Origin: Camelus dromedarius
Lineage: Eukaryota
DNA: 64,000 nucleotides
NCBI RefSeq assembly: GCF_036321535.1
Contig: NC_087436.1
Location: 108,130,001 to 108,194,000, forward strand
Direction: 5' to 3'
Both the position numbers and the translations under genes were made by a program. Positions 24,271 through 37,325 of the stretch are shown in pieces; position 1 is the first letter of the stretch, and each line of letters starts with the position of its first letter. The notes beneath the pieces were generated by a model. That model saw only the letters and a program-made list of their open reading frames with translations, had not been told where the DNA came from and searched no databases.

Positions 24271-26848
24271 CTAGTGTAGTAAGAATATGGAAACATTAGA
24301 AATGGCGGGATGTTACCACACTCGCTCTCTTTTTCATGGTTACATGATTTTTATTTCCAAAGGATGCCTAAAAAATAGAACAGCTTGCACCAGCTACAGC
24401 CAGAAAAAAAAAAAAAATCTTTGAACCTGGGCAGTGCATTGAATGCCATCTGAAGCTGACCCAAATCTAGAACACATGCAGAGTTGCTTTTAAATTGCCT
24501 TTAACTCCATGCTGACTGTCCCTTGGGTTGCTGATGAACATCCTTGGTCTTAATTTGATCCTGATTAGGAAATTTATTGTACAAGTATCCATCAAGACGA
24601 ATGCAGTTCTGCTCTCTATAAAACGTTTATTCTTTAGACAGCAGTTCCTTTGGCAATTGAAATGGACCTCTTAGTTCAGCTAAATTATCATTAGCATCTT
24701 TTGAACCTTCACAGGCCTTGGTGTGTTATATTGTCTTACTGTTTGGGGAATTGAATCGGATGAAGAGAAGAAAATGAAAAATGTGAATTTCACTGTCTTG
24801 TTTTAACCCCTGATTGGTGGAGAGGAAAGAATATGGGCATTAAAATGAACAGACACTGTGGAATGGTAGTTAACAAGCTTGGAATTCTGGCATGAGAGTC
24901 ACGGTTTGAATCACTGTTCAACCATTTACTATCTGTGTGATAAGGCAACTTCCTAAACAACTCTAAATTTGTGTTTTATCATTTTTTAAGTGAGTAAAAT
25001 ATCAAGACCTATTTTGTAGAGTTGCGGGGCATATTTAGTGACACAGTCCATGTAAGCTGCTTAGCACAGTGTTTGTCATGTCTCAAATCCATGTGAGCGA
25101 TTATTTATGCTTTTTGAATCTCAGTTCTAGCAGTTACTAGCAGAGTTACCTTTCCCAAAGTATTTACTCTTTCACACCTTTTTCCTCAGTTTTAAAATGA
25201 AAATAAGGATGTCCAACCTAGAAAACTATGGAGGATTAAAACTAGTATAAACTGCCATGTGTTTGACATTTAGTTGCTGACTGATACATACAAGCTTGCC
25301 CCCCTCTTACTGCCACTCCCAGGGACAACAACAAAATACTAATGACAGCAACTCTTATTAGATGCTTCCCATGTGTCAGTCACTGTGTATCGTACACAAA
25401 GATAGTTACTGATTATTGTGTTTGTACTAAAGTGATGTCATAAATCAGTGACTGGCCTGGATTCACAACTTTATCAAATATCTTGATTGCTATTGCTTTG
25501 TGTTAAACAGTTTGTAGCTTTTGCTTTGGACCCATGTATAATGGTCCCCATTATATATTTTCTTATTGGCCCGCCATGAAGAAATTAGTTTTCTCTTTGC
25601 TATCCAGCTTCTGCTGGAAGAAAAAGTAAGATCTTTTCTAAAGACATGACTGAGGTTATGCACCTTTTGGGGTTCTTAGGTAAACTTTCTACCTGCACAG
25701 AGGGAGCTCTTAAGCAGACCCTGGAGAGTTTCAAAGAGAATGTTAGTGTTGCATCTCATTGTCTGCTGCTCAGCAGGAGAAAGTGTGGACCCCACACCAG
25801 GTGTCTAAGTAAAATCTACATGTTTCACTTTCTAGTGCTTTCTGGGTCCTTACAGCTTTTTAAGTAGGAAAAATACTCATATATTAAATCCTTATGGATA
25901 AGTCATTTTTTTGAAGATTTTCAAGTAATAGTTTTAGGAAAATATTACTTTCTCATTTCTTGACAATACTTCTTTCAAGGACTTGGAATTCAAGTCCAAA
26001 TTTATATCAGATTATTTTAAAACCCAATTAACCAACAGCATAATGTGTTGAAAAGAAGCACAGTCCAGTGATTGATTTCCTTTCAGCCTTCATTCTTTTC
26101 CAGAACTCTGGGCTGTCTGTGTGGATGGAAAACAATGGATTGATTTAATGTATCTGGGCACTTAACACAGAACTTTAATAAGAATGTCGAGAATTGCCAT
26201 TAGAGGAGATGCTGCCATTCATTTGCTCATTTCCTATGAGCGGAAAATCTATTACAGTGATTTGAGTAAGTTTTGATGAAGTATGAAGAGGCACTGGATT
26301 CTGTGACCTCCTTGTTGGGTCAAGGTACCCATTTGCCAGAACAATTTATTTTAAAATAACTTTATATGTGTGTCATGTTGCTTTGACAAAAGAAGGTGGA
26401 ATTTTAGATTACTAATTTTCTCAGCCTTAGCTTTCTAAGGTTTTAGAGAAGCGGGATAAAAGTGAATAAAATCTGTAACCTGGACTATTGTATATTCTGA
26501 AGTTTTGCTTTTTATTTTTGGATATAGCACACTGGTTGCTGTTCTTACCAATGTGCTTCAAAATGGAAATCATTAATTTATTACAAGGTGTGCATTACTT
26601 TAAAGGTAGTATGATATAGTGGTAATGACACTTGATTCAGAGTTGGTAAACCACGTCTTTACCACTTTGTGAATTTAGAGAAGTAATTTTCTCCCTCTGA
26701 GATCCTATAGCTTTTTCTTACAAATGAGATAATTTAGGTAGATCACCTCTGTGTCTCCTGAAGTTCTAGAATTCTAAAAATCTATTTGTCTTTTTTTATC
26801 TTTTTGAAGGCATAGCTTTATATCACAAGGCTTTTAAATAACTCTCAC

Positions 26849-26893
26849 CCGAATAAATGATGAGTGATAACTCTGAAGACTGTATCTTTATTT
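26849..26893 (-). pseudogene. Possible 45-nt exon (NKDTVFRVITHHLFG in phase 2)
   Basis: CGG|GTGAGA donor; weak acceptor; open in two frames. Confidence 0.25.
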
Positions 26894-27157
26894 CTACGTT
26901 GTTTATGTATCAACGTTCATGGTGGCCTTAGGGGAGTCACTTACCTTTCCCAGGTTTGCACAATCTGAAGGTAAAAATGAGGAATTTGAATAATGTGGTA
27001 TCCAAAGATCCTTCTAGTCTAACATTTTCTGTTTCTAGAGTATATTTATTGCAATCATATAATGTGTGTGGTTCTCAGTATTGTAGGAGATACAAAGTAG
27101 AAAAGATATGACATCTGCCCTGGAGAAAGTTTTAACTCCCGTTGAATGAGGCTTGTG

Positions 27158-27520
27158 ATGTTTCAGTCTACTGGGTCGGCTGGGATAAAAATACCATAGA
27201 CTGAGTGGCCTATAAACAACTGGAATTTATTTCTCACAGTCCTGGAGCCTGGAAATTCAAGATCGATGCACTCACAGGTTTCATGTCTGGCTGAGAGCCC
27301 TTCCAGGTTCATGGAACCTGTCTTCTCGCTGTATCCTCAAGTGGTGAAGGTGAAGCAATCTCTTGATGGTCTCTTTTTTGAGGGCACTAATCCCATTCAT
27401 AAGGGCTTTACTCTCATGACCTAATCATCTCCCAAAGACTGAATCTCCAAATACAATCACTTTGGGGGAGTAGGTTTTGACATGAATGGGGGGCAGGGCA
27501 CAAACATTCAGTCTATAGTC
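27158..27520 (-). mobile_element. MaLR solo LTR (MLT1A-like)
   Basis: ATACCATAGACTGAGTGGC...ATTTATTTCTCACAGT...CAAACATTCAGTCTATAG. Confidence 0.85.
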
Positions 27521-27666
27521 CATGGGGTTTGTGAAACCATTAAAATTATGTGTAAAGTGTTTGCTTGTGCTCACTTTTTTTGGAGAAAAGTGTCTGTAGC
27601 TTTCATAAAATTGTTGAGTAATACATAATGAATAAAATTGGAGATGCTAGTATCAGAAATCTAGTG

Positions 27667-28178
27667 CAGTGAATCTTAGAATGTGATCAGTGAGGGGCGT
27701 GCAGCCCCCTGAGATGCTTTCAGGTGGTTCAAGAAGTGAAACCTACTTTTAAAGTAACACTCAAGTGATATTTTCCCTTTTCATTTCCATTCATTAATGA
27801 GTGCACACATTTCTCTAGAAGCTCCATGATGTGTGGTATCATAACAGATTAAATGTAGAAGCGTACGAGAATCCAGTTATCTTCCATTAAGCCAGACACT
27901 AGTTGCAAAAATGTGAAACAATGTCATTCTTCTCACAATTTTTTTTAATTTTGAAAAATACAGTTACGTTTTCAAAAAGATACTTACATGAACACAGAAT
28001 AAGCTTATTATTATTATTTTGAAATTAATATGTATCCTTTAAAATTCTCAGTTTAAATTTTAATACACTAAATGTCAACTGATAAAGCCCACATAAACAA
28101 AAGCTCTTTAAAGTCCTCAATAACTTCTAAGGCAGAGTCAGGGGCTCCTGTGACTAAAATGTGTGAGAAATGCTGACC
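27667..28178. mobile_element. hAT-Charlie-type DNA transposon remnant
   Basis: CAGTG...CTG termini; GAGAATCCAGTTATCTTCCATTAAGCCAGACA Charlie-like internal motif. Confidence 0.65.
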
Positions 28179-29929
28179 TAGTGCCTCATTAAAGTAAATT
28201 AATCTTTAGTAGTAAACAGAGCCTTCCTTGTTGTTATGTTTACCCAAAGAGATTTATGTCTCCCTCTCCTAATTATCAAAGTAGGTGTTCATGTCAGCAG
28301 GGTAACACTCTAACACGTGGTTATTCTAGGACTCAAGCAAATAATGTGATTTTGCCATCTTCAATACTTGCCTCTCAAATTGGTCCAGGAAGAGTCTAAT
28401 CTCCCAGTCATTCTGGAAAAGGGAATGGTTACAGAGGAATAGAAGTGGGAAATTGTTACCACAGAGAGACCCAACAGTGACACTTACTGTGTTCACTCGT
28501 ATACCGTTGGCTAGAACTCAGTTTCGTAGCCAAAGCCAACTGCCTGAAGGCTGGGAAGTGTAGCCCAGCCATGTGTCCAGGAAGGAAAAAAAAAATCTTC
28601 AGGAAGAGTTAGAAATATCTTCCATACCTTAATTTTAATCTAGATCCTCCATGTACTCGCTGGGTAGACATGGGCCAATTACATGGCTACTCAGTCTTAG
28701 TTTTCTCATATGTCAAGTAGGTATAATAAACTTCCGACTTCAGAAGGTTTTCGTGAGGGAGCTTGTACGAAAGAGCTTTAAAAATGAGAGGTATAAAGTT
28801 ATCAAATAACTATCTGTAAGATTTTTTTAAAAGGTCTGTAACCCCCAGAATGTTAAATCAGTCTGCTGGAGGAATGTAGTCTTTAGAAATTGACATAAAA
28901 GTTGTGCTAACAATAACCACAGTAAAGGATCATGTGTGCCATGAGGGCAGTTTTTAGGGCTTTCATGGAAGCTCTTGAGTTAGATGTTCTTTAAGGATGC
29001 TCGCAAAATATCTAACTGATATCTCTTTGCTCTGGAACTCTGGCGCCTTTTCTAGATAACCTTCTTATGGCACTTGCCTGACCTTCATGTACTGGAGAAT
29101 CTTCTTATCTGCCTCTCTCCTTAGCTTTTAGCTCCCATTAGCTCCATGAAAACAGAATTTCTGTCTTACTCTACTTGTACGTCTTGGATTTCGCGTGATG
29201 CCTGGCCCATTTAAAGCCCTTGGGTGGATATTTATTGAATGGATAGCACTTTGTGTCAATAAGAGAAATTGCTTGAAAGGAAAAGAGAAGGTTATTATAA
29301 GAGGAGAGTTAAGAGTCTGTGATAAAAGAGCCTTTGTGAAGTTTGAAGTATAGGCTGGTAGGTAACTAAAGCGTAGCGATGGCATACAGGGAGTACATAA
29401 CATAGGAACAGAGTTGAATTGATCTGGTCTGACCCGGATTGAGGAGACATTATGAGAGGAAGTAGCAAAGGGTTTTGCACACAGTGGAATTGTGAAAACT
29501 GTTTAAAGAAATACTAGCATTAGGAGAATAGAAAAAGTCAGTTTATGAGGAGTTTCTAGAACAAACTACGTCCAGTTTTCCATTTGGAGTACTTGTATGA
29601 TGGTATAGACATGTCCAAGTTTGCATCTTAAATCTTCAGTTACTTTTGATTTACCTCTTGAATCTAAGAAAACAATTTCTTTGCAAAGTCTCTATTTGAT
29701 AGGTCATCTTAGCTAATGTTTACATAACTACTCTATTTTTAATAAAATATTATTATTTAAATAAACAGAGAATAAATAGATAATGCTCTCCTAGGCATAA
29801 TAAAAGTGAATCAGGGGATTCTAATATATAAAATTGAAAGGAAATGGCGTCATCAGACATGCTTGTGGGGTTTTTGTTGTTGTTAAAAATACCAGTAATC
29901 CAATGGCTTATATTTGAATTGTTAACTTG

Positions 29930-30500
29930 TCTCTTATTCAATCTATGCATACTTATTGAGTGTTTACTATAAGGCAGATTTTATACTGAATTATAGAGCT
30001 ATGAAGATAAATACAATAAAGCTCGTACCTTTAGGAAGGTCATGTTTTGGTAGGAGAGACAGATATGTGACAGACGAACGCATACCTTGTATTGTAAGCA
30101 GTAAGGGAAGAATTCATGAGCCACAGAAATAGTACATTTACCTTCCTGAAGACAGCGAGGGTGACTTCACAGGGTAATATTACAGCACACTTTGAAGGCT
30201 GGGTAGAGAGTCACCAGGTGAACTAGGGACTGAAGACATTTCAGAATGAACAGGCTGCATGGAAAAAGACATGTGAGTGTGAAACAGCACACTGTGTTCA
30301 GGGCACCATAGGGATTTGTTATTTCTGAAAGGTAGAAGCCACGCCAAGAAATTTGGGCTCCTTCTTGCAGGTACATGAAGCCTAGTAAGGAAGCAGATGT
30401 TTACTGGATGAATGAAGAGGGTATAACTGAAGGATTTTAAATAGGAAAGGTTTACAGTCATATTTGTTTGTTTCTTAATCACTGAGTCTGCCATGAGGGA
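29930..30500 (-). mobile_element. L2 LINE fragment
   Basis: TTATTCAATC...TTATTGAGTGTTTACTAT L2 3' end motif followed by purine-rich L2 body. Confidence 0.65.
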
Positions 30501-30504
30501 TGTT

Positions 30505-30577
30505 TTTAAAAAAAATTTTTTTAATTGAAGTACAGTCAGTTATAATGTGTCAATTTTTGGTGTACAGCACAATGTCA
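30505..30577 (-). mobile_element. Very short young L1 3' end
   Basis: TTAATTGAAGTACAGTCAGTTATAATGTGTCAATTT; flanking GAGGGATGTTT / GAGGGAGGTTT TSD-like pair. Confidence 0.7.
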
Positions 30578-31944
30578 AAGAGGGAGGTTTGAGGGACCTC
30601 AGTAAGGAAATGATCGCAATGATCCAGAAACTTGAAAATTTGAAACTAAACCAACAGAGTTAGGGGAAGGAGAAGTAAGTCCAGTGCTTGGCACAGGGTA
30701 AGCAATCAGTACAAGTTATAATGAAGATTCAGCAGTGGGAAGATGGATATGGTGATGTTAGAGAAGAAGATGGGAGCTTGAAAGGTATTTAAAATATGTA
30801 TATTTTTCTGACATCACAACATTAGTAACCTTCGTGTAGTAACTGCCCACAAGTATAGTGTGTGCTCTGCCAGACAGGACTCAGAACAGAAATGTTTTTC
30901 TCTAAATTGTCTGTAAGTATCCAGTTGTTTCCAAATTTAAAGGAGTTTTTTTTTTAAGTTTCTCATGATACCACTACTCCCATTCAATTTTATTGTCTCC
31001 TAAAAGGACACCTTAGCATTTTCTGCTAATTATGATGTGGTTGCAAAACCCTATAGTGTCCCTGGTTTATTTAGACTAATATTACTGGCAATGAATTGGA
31101 CTCTAGCAAGACATCAAATAAGACCAATTCACATTAAATTGCCTACAACTGACAGCCTCTTGTTGCTTTGAAGGTTGTTAGTATTATTGCTTCCTTAAAG
31201 AGCCATGAAACAAGACTAGTTAATTCCCCCAGATAATTTTCTTGTATATTACCCTTGGTGATGCAGTACAATCAGTTACATCTGATAGAGCTGATCATTG
31301 ATTTATTATTCTGGGGTGCTTAAACTCAAAAGTCACATTGTGACAACTATTGATACAATATACCTTCCTTGAAAATAAATTCTCTATTTCTAGCCCAGGC
31401 TTCTCTTTTGCACCACTCCGGGGGCCGGCTCTCCTGATAAATCCCTCTAGCATCTTAGCTCTCCTGAGTCACTTAGTTTTCTGATCTGTAACCTGCTTAA
31501 CATGTTGGGGAAGCATTGAGGAAGTGAAATTTTATTCCCTCAGGTCAAGTGGAACTCGAATCTTTTAATTTTTATAAGTCTGTACTTCAGGTTTTCTCAA
31601 AGAGCACATATTCCTGCAATGCTTGTATAACTAAAAACTGTGTACCCTTTTAAATAAGATAGTTTATATGAAAATGTACTGTGAGTTTGCAAGTGCTAGT
31701 CAAATGTAAGTGGGTAATAATGTAATTATTACAGCATCAAGTTCAGTGGTGATTTGGTATAGTAGAATTTTCTGTTTACTTAAAGATGTTACTCTTGTGT
31801 GACTCATTATGTTGGTAGGGAGACATTTGCTTCTGTTCTATTGTACTAGAAATTACCTTAAACACAGGAGCACAGTGAATATTAGTAAAAGGGATAAATA
31901 TAACTATTGTTAGCCTACGAGGATATCAGCTGCCAGGCACTTAC

Positions 31945-32393
31945 AAAATTTGCAAGATGATATTTCTTTACAGGGAATGGAATGTTTTTGATGGAAATTT
32001 AAAAACCTGTCTGCAGAGATTCTTTTGCTCTCAACCACTTTACTGCCTCTATTCTTGTGGGTGCCTGGGCTTCCATGCTTATTTTAAAGTTCCTACTCAT
32101 TTCTTGGTTTGTATATTGGGCCGTGTATCATTCTGGGACTCAGACACATTGAGGAACACCAACCAGGCCATGTTTTTGAGACACTCGTGATTTTGCAGGG
32201 GATATAGCCAAGCAAAGTGATGATTGCAACTGAACAGGACAGCAGTATGCACAGGACATTGGATAATCACAGACCAGGAACACACCTACTCTCAGCTCAT
32301 TGAATTGTGGTTGACAGTCAGAATTTAGAATTTTGGAGATGAAGAAGCAGGCTGAAAGGAAGTAAAGTGCATCCATTGGGGAACTATCTTTTT
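31945..32393 (-). pseudogene. Pseudo-exon, 449 nt, phase 1->0: KDSSPMDALYFLSACFFISKIL...GVPQCV*VPE*YTAQ...QTGF*ISIKNIPFPVKKYHLANF
   Basis: CTTCTTCGTGCTTTTTAAG acceptor, TTT|GTAAGT donor; 149 codons in one frame with 3 stops (32140, 32128, 31999). Confidence 0.5.
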
Positions 32394-33136
32394 CTTAAAA
32401 AGCACGAAGAAGCCATGCATTTAATAATGAATTTGAAATGAAGTAAAGTGAGCAATACTTACAGAGGAAACCAGGCCCATGCAACTTATAATAAACCAAT
32501 ATATAGCATCCTTATGTAAAATATATCTATTTTGGGTGGAAAAGCTCAGCCCAAGTCAGTTAAACAAGCATTACTGCATACATATTCTTTCCCGTCGGAT
32601 CTTTGAAAGTTGAGTAAATTTCATTCTTTGCATAATTCTGAAAGCTTTTCCTCCCAAGAACCATTTCCTCTCAACTTTTACTATATAAATGTACTTTTCC
32701 TAAGCCATTATCATGTTCTGAAAAGGTTTTATTAACGACCAACGTTTATTAGACTCAACAGTAATCCAGGCAAGCAAATTATCCTGTTCTTAAAGCTAAG
32801 GGCCGAAATGAAATAAGCTTTGGAGTGAAAAGATCAACATACAGGAGGCCTAAAGTAAATTCCATAAACCACAATTCTTTTTATATTATGTTTTTGCAAA
32901 TATTTTATAGGAAATTCCTTGAGAGTAATTGCATTTTTTTCCAGGCAGACTCTTTCTCTTGTTTTCCTCTCAGATTAATAAGGGTAAAACTCAGAAATAA
33001 TTTCACAAAATCAGAAATAACTGAGCATAACTCAGATTAATGTTGTCAGAAAACAATCAACAGCTGATACATTGAGTAACTGCTACATATTTAGCACTGA
33101 CTTAATTATGCTTAAAGATAAATGAAAAGTAAGAGT

Positions 33137-33139
<3 letters not shown>

Positions 33140-33184
<45 letters not shown>
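33140..33184 (+). repeat. (TG)n microsatellite
   Basis: Direct read. Confidence 0.95.
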
Positions 33185-33188
<4 letters not shown>

Positions 33189-34002
33189 ATGAGAGATGGG
33201 GGAAAAGAAGGGGGAAAGGAGGAACCGTGAGTTTGGGACTGAGGGAAAAAAGAGGTCAGGTATGGGAGGCAAAAATAAAAAACAAAAACAAGAACAACTT
33301 CAGTTTCTAAGCAAGAGCCAGACTGCCTAGTGATGATTGAAGCATAAAAATACTGAAAGGTCTAGGTGAATAGGTGTGGGCTAAAGCAACTGGAAAAGTT
33401 TATTTCACGAAGGTGGAGATTTTGGAGGTTGCACACAAAACTGGTTGAGAAATGTGAAAATCTAGGATGCGTTTTCCAACAGTTCTATAACAAACCTTTT
33501 CTGAAGTGGAAAATAAAATTGGAATTCAGCCTTCAGTCGCCAGCTTAGGGTAATAGCATTCAGTCCTGCCTGAATCCCTGAACCCATTGTGGGGTTAAAA
33601 ATAACATTCGAGGGGCAATAGAGAAGGGAGCTGACGATGGGTAGGAAAGGGCTTTATATAGTTAATGCAGTATTGGTGGGACTTAAAAGTGAAGACCGTT
33701 TGTAAGACACTATACAATAGTGTCTAGAACCTGGAAGAGTGTGGTCTGGGGAAAAGGAAAAGAGAACCCAGTTTTGGAAAGGCACGGGAAAAATATGGAA
33801 GCTGTGGAAAGGCTTTGAATGAGGCAGGAAAATGGAGCATGCATGAATCCCCTTGTGCAGGTCCTAGTTCCTGTAAGGTCGTCAATTCTGAAGACCCAAG
33901 AAGTTTAGGCAGAGAAAGGTTATCTGCACAGCTTGGTACCACCATTGGTGAAGACTTTGACTGAGATGAGATTAGCTAGCTAGACCAAGTACTTAGTACT
34001 TC

Positions 34003-34391
34003 TCTTTTAGTCTGCTCAGTAGTTGTAACGAAATACCATAGACTGGGTGAATTAAACGCAGACATCTATTTCTCACAGTTTGGGAGGCTTGGAAGTTCAA
34101 AATCAAGGTGCTGGAGGAAAGTTTCTTCTCTTGAAGTGTCTTCTCTTGGCTTGCAGGAGGCCACCCTCCCGCTGTGTGCTCACATGGCCTCTTCTCTGTG
34201 TTTGCAGGAGGAAAGCTAGCTCTCTGCTGTCTCCTCTTATCAGGGCACTAATATCCTCATGAGGCTCTCACCCCTGACATCATCTAACCCTAATCATTTC
34301 CCAAAGGCTTCATCTCCTTACACCACAATATCAGGGTTTAGAGCCTCAGTATGTGACTTTTTATGGGGACACAAATATTCAGTCCATAACG
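34003..34391 (-). mobile_element. MaLR solo LTR (MLT1A-like)
   Basis: AAATACCATAGACTGGGTG...TTTCTCACAGTT...ATTCAGTCCATAAC. Confidence 0.85.
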
Positions 34392-34446
34392 ATTTCCTTC
34401 CTTAGGTAATCGACCCTGGAAAGGACCTTTTGAAAGTGGGCCTTCC

Positions 34447-34640
34447 TGAGGTTGCCAGGTAAAATACAGAACACCTGGTTAAATTTGAATGTCACATCAT
34501 TCGTAAATGATGTTTTAGTATAAATATGCCCCATGCAATCTTCGGAACACACTTGTGTTAAAAAAGCATTTGTTGTTTATCTGAAAATAGAATTTAACTA
34601 GGCAGCTTATTTTTTTTGTTTGCTATATCTGTCAACCTTA
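34447..34640. mobile_element. MER53-like palindromic hAT MITE
   Basis: GGTTGCCAGGTAAAATACAG...TTAAATTTGAAT ... ATTTAACT...ATCTGTCAACCT; internally self-complementary. Confidence 0.8.
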
Positions 34641-36062
34641 GCCCCTCATTTATGGGTCAAAGGCTTTTGCTGGCCTCATCAATCAATTATTCATTCCAGA
34701 CAGACAGGGCTGAGTGAACAGACTGACAGCGATGATCTCTCGGCTTTCTACACTGATGTTTGGATATTGTGATGATTGGCTGTGTCACAGGGACAGTAAT
34801 TTTTCAGTGTCGGGTATTGACTGTCAATGATACCCATTATTTCCTCTGTCAATTTAGACTTTGGAGTGCTTGAAGGTTTTGCTTTAAGGACATCTCACTG
34901 AAAGGCATGTCAAAGCTACTGATCTGTCTTACACTTAAACTGACCAAAGGAGAGTCCAAGCCTTTGTTTAGAGCCTCCTTTGTCAAGGTCACTGGTAGTT
35001 CATGCCCTGGGTGGATGGCTCAGGTAGCTTCTCACATTTCCCTGAGAGAAGGCTCTGAATTAGGGCAAGAGCACATGGGGTTTTAAGAGGACGGGGTTTT
35101 AAATCCAGGTTCCAGGATGGCTGTCTTTCTGCATGAACTTGGGAGCATTATTAACCTTACCAAGCTTCAGCTTCTACAATTCCCCAAATGGGATAAAATC
35201 CCTAGATTTTAGTAATGGGTTAACAGTAATAACTGACATCCTGGTAGCCCCTACTATGTGACAACCTTGGCAATTTATTAACTTACTTAACACCCCGTGG
35301 AGACTGGTACTATAATTATCCGAATTTTATGGGTGTGGAAGGTACAGAGCAGGTAAGTAGTAGTACAGTTTCATAGATATTGTTTAATGTATATTATTTT
35401 TATCTTTATCATCATCATGATTTTAAGTGCTTAGCAAAGGAGAACCAACAAAGCCACGATCATTAAAACTCATTTTGTCCCTGAAAACACTGTTGATTTG
35501 CTGCAATAATAATTTGGAGCCTCAAATCATTTTGGTTAAAAAAAAATATATTGAGCCCTGTCTAATGTGAGCATGACTTAATTGCCACATTCTGTCAGTT
35601 ACTTTGTCACAAAGTTAGGAAACTTTGGAATAAGCGGGAGGGAAATTCTAGTCTCAGTCAGTTTCAGTACATTCAAGTTTTAATGAAGTAATTGGCATGT
35701 TAGTCATTTGAAGCCTGTAAGAGAACATATTAAGTGGGATGAATAAGAGGTGAAAAAGAAAGTTGACATTCAATTTACAACGTGAGAAGGCCTTCTACTT
35801 TAGCATTCCTCTTCAGTTATTGAAACACAATGCTTGTTTTCAGCGTTTACGCTTTTAGTTATAAACAGAGGAAAAAACCTATTCATTATTTTCTAAGAAT
35901 CTAATGAAACATGATTTTATTTCCAAAGATTTGGGTACTGAAATTTTAAGATTAAATTTTATGGCTGTTAAAATATGAAATGTAACTATTTGGTCATGTC
36001 AGATGATGTATGTTCAACTGACAATTTTAGCAAAATCCTATAGCAAATTAAAGATAGGTGAA

Positions 36063-36416
36063 TGTCTTAGACCATCAGGATACGATTTTTTAAAAACACC
36101 ATAGATTGGGTGGCTTAAATGACAAACAGTTCCAGGGGCTGGGAAGTCCAAGATCAAGGTGCTGGTAGATTCAGTGTCTGGTGAGAATGTGCTTTCTGGT
36201 TCATAGAAGGCCATTTTCTCACCGACCACACATGATGGATAGGGCAGGAGAGCTCCCTGGGGTCTCTTTTACAAGGGCACTGATCCCATTTGTGAGGGCT
36301 CCACTCTCATGACCTAATCACTCCCCAAAGTCCTGCCACCTAACACCATCATGTTGTGGTTTAGGTTTTAACATTCGAATATTTGCGGGGAGGACACAAA
36401 CATTCAGTCTGTAGCA
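36063..36416 (-). mobile_element. MaLR solo LTR (MLT1A-like)
   Basis: CACCATAGATTGGGTGGCTTAAA...GGGAAGTCCAAGATCAAGGTGC...CAAACATTCAGTCTGTAGCA. Confidence 0.85.
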
Positions 36417-36532
36417 GTAAATAAATCAACGTGAGTCATAGAATCATCCAATCCCAGATTAAGAATGAATGTTAAAGATCATCTGTTTGGCACCACTTAT
36501 TTTTTGGAGGGGGGAGAGCAAGAAACGGAATT

Positions 36533-37325
36533 ACAAAAGTCCACAAGTGATAAATGCTGGAGAGGATGAGGAGAAAAGGGAACCCTCATACACTGCTGGT
36601 GGGAATGTAGTTTGGTGTAGCCATTATGGAAAACAGTATGGAGATTTTTCAAAAACTAAAAATAGACTTACCATATGCTCCAGCAATCCCACTCCTGGAT
36701 ATATATCCAGAGGGAACTCTAATTCTAAAAGATACATGTACCCCAATGTTCATAGCAGCACTGTATACACTAGTCAAGGCATGAAACCAACCTAAATATC
36801 CATCAACAGATGATTGGATAAAGAAGTTGTAGTATATTTGTACAATGGAATACTACTCAGCCATAAAAAGAATAAAATAATGCCATTTGCAGCAACATGG
36901 ATGGACCTAGAGATCGTCATTCTAAGTCAAGTAAACCAGAAAGAGAAAGAAAAATACCATATGATGTCACCCATATGTGGAATCTAAAAAAAAAAGAAAA
37001 AGAAAAAGACACTATGAACTCATCTATAAAACAGAAACAGACTTGCAGACATAGTAAACAATCTTATGGTTACTGGGGAAAGGGGGTGGGAAGAGATAAA
37101 TTTGGGAGTTTGAGATTTACAAATGTTGGCTACTATGTATAAAAATAGATCTTTAAAAAAGTTTTGGCTGTATAGCACAGGGAACTATGTTCAATATCTT
37201 ATAATAACCTTTAATAAAAAAATGAAAATGAACACATGCATGTATGTGCATGACTGGGACATTGTACTGTACATCAGAAATTGACACATTGTAACTGATA
37301 GTACTTCAATTAAAAAAACAAAAGG
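36533..37325 (+). mobile_element. Young lineage-specific (camelid-like) L1, 5'-truncated
   Basis: ORF2 end '[30 protein letters not shown]'; 3' UTR is the reverse complement of the 7.3-8.1 kb copy; A-rich tail. Confidence 0.9.

Noticed and set aside
25693..25720. 28-nt minus-strand exon with CACTAAC branch site and good acceptor
   Set aside because: The donor GTAGAA is weak and the frame assignment is ambiguous, so it is not listed as a feature.
455..32142. Many in-frame stops in the exon chain are TGA (455, 15848, 20277, 20496, 32128, 32140), suggesting selenocysteine or readthrough recoding
   Set aside because: TAA/TAG stops and frameshifts also occur; CGA->TGA or TGG->TGA decay is the simpler explanation.
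32140..32393. Calpain-like catalytic motif (DALYFLSAC...WSVII...LFS...W)
   Set aside because: Needs an ad hoc frameshift and lacks QG..GDC, whereas the exon reads well in a single frame.
34447..34640. Long hairpin as a possible miRNA precursor
   Set aside because: Explained by the palindromic MER53-like MITE; no evidence of processing.
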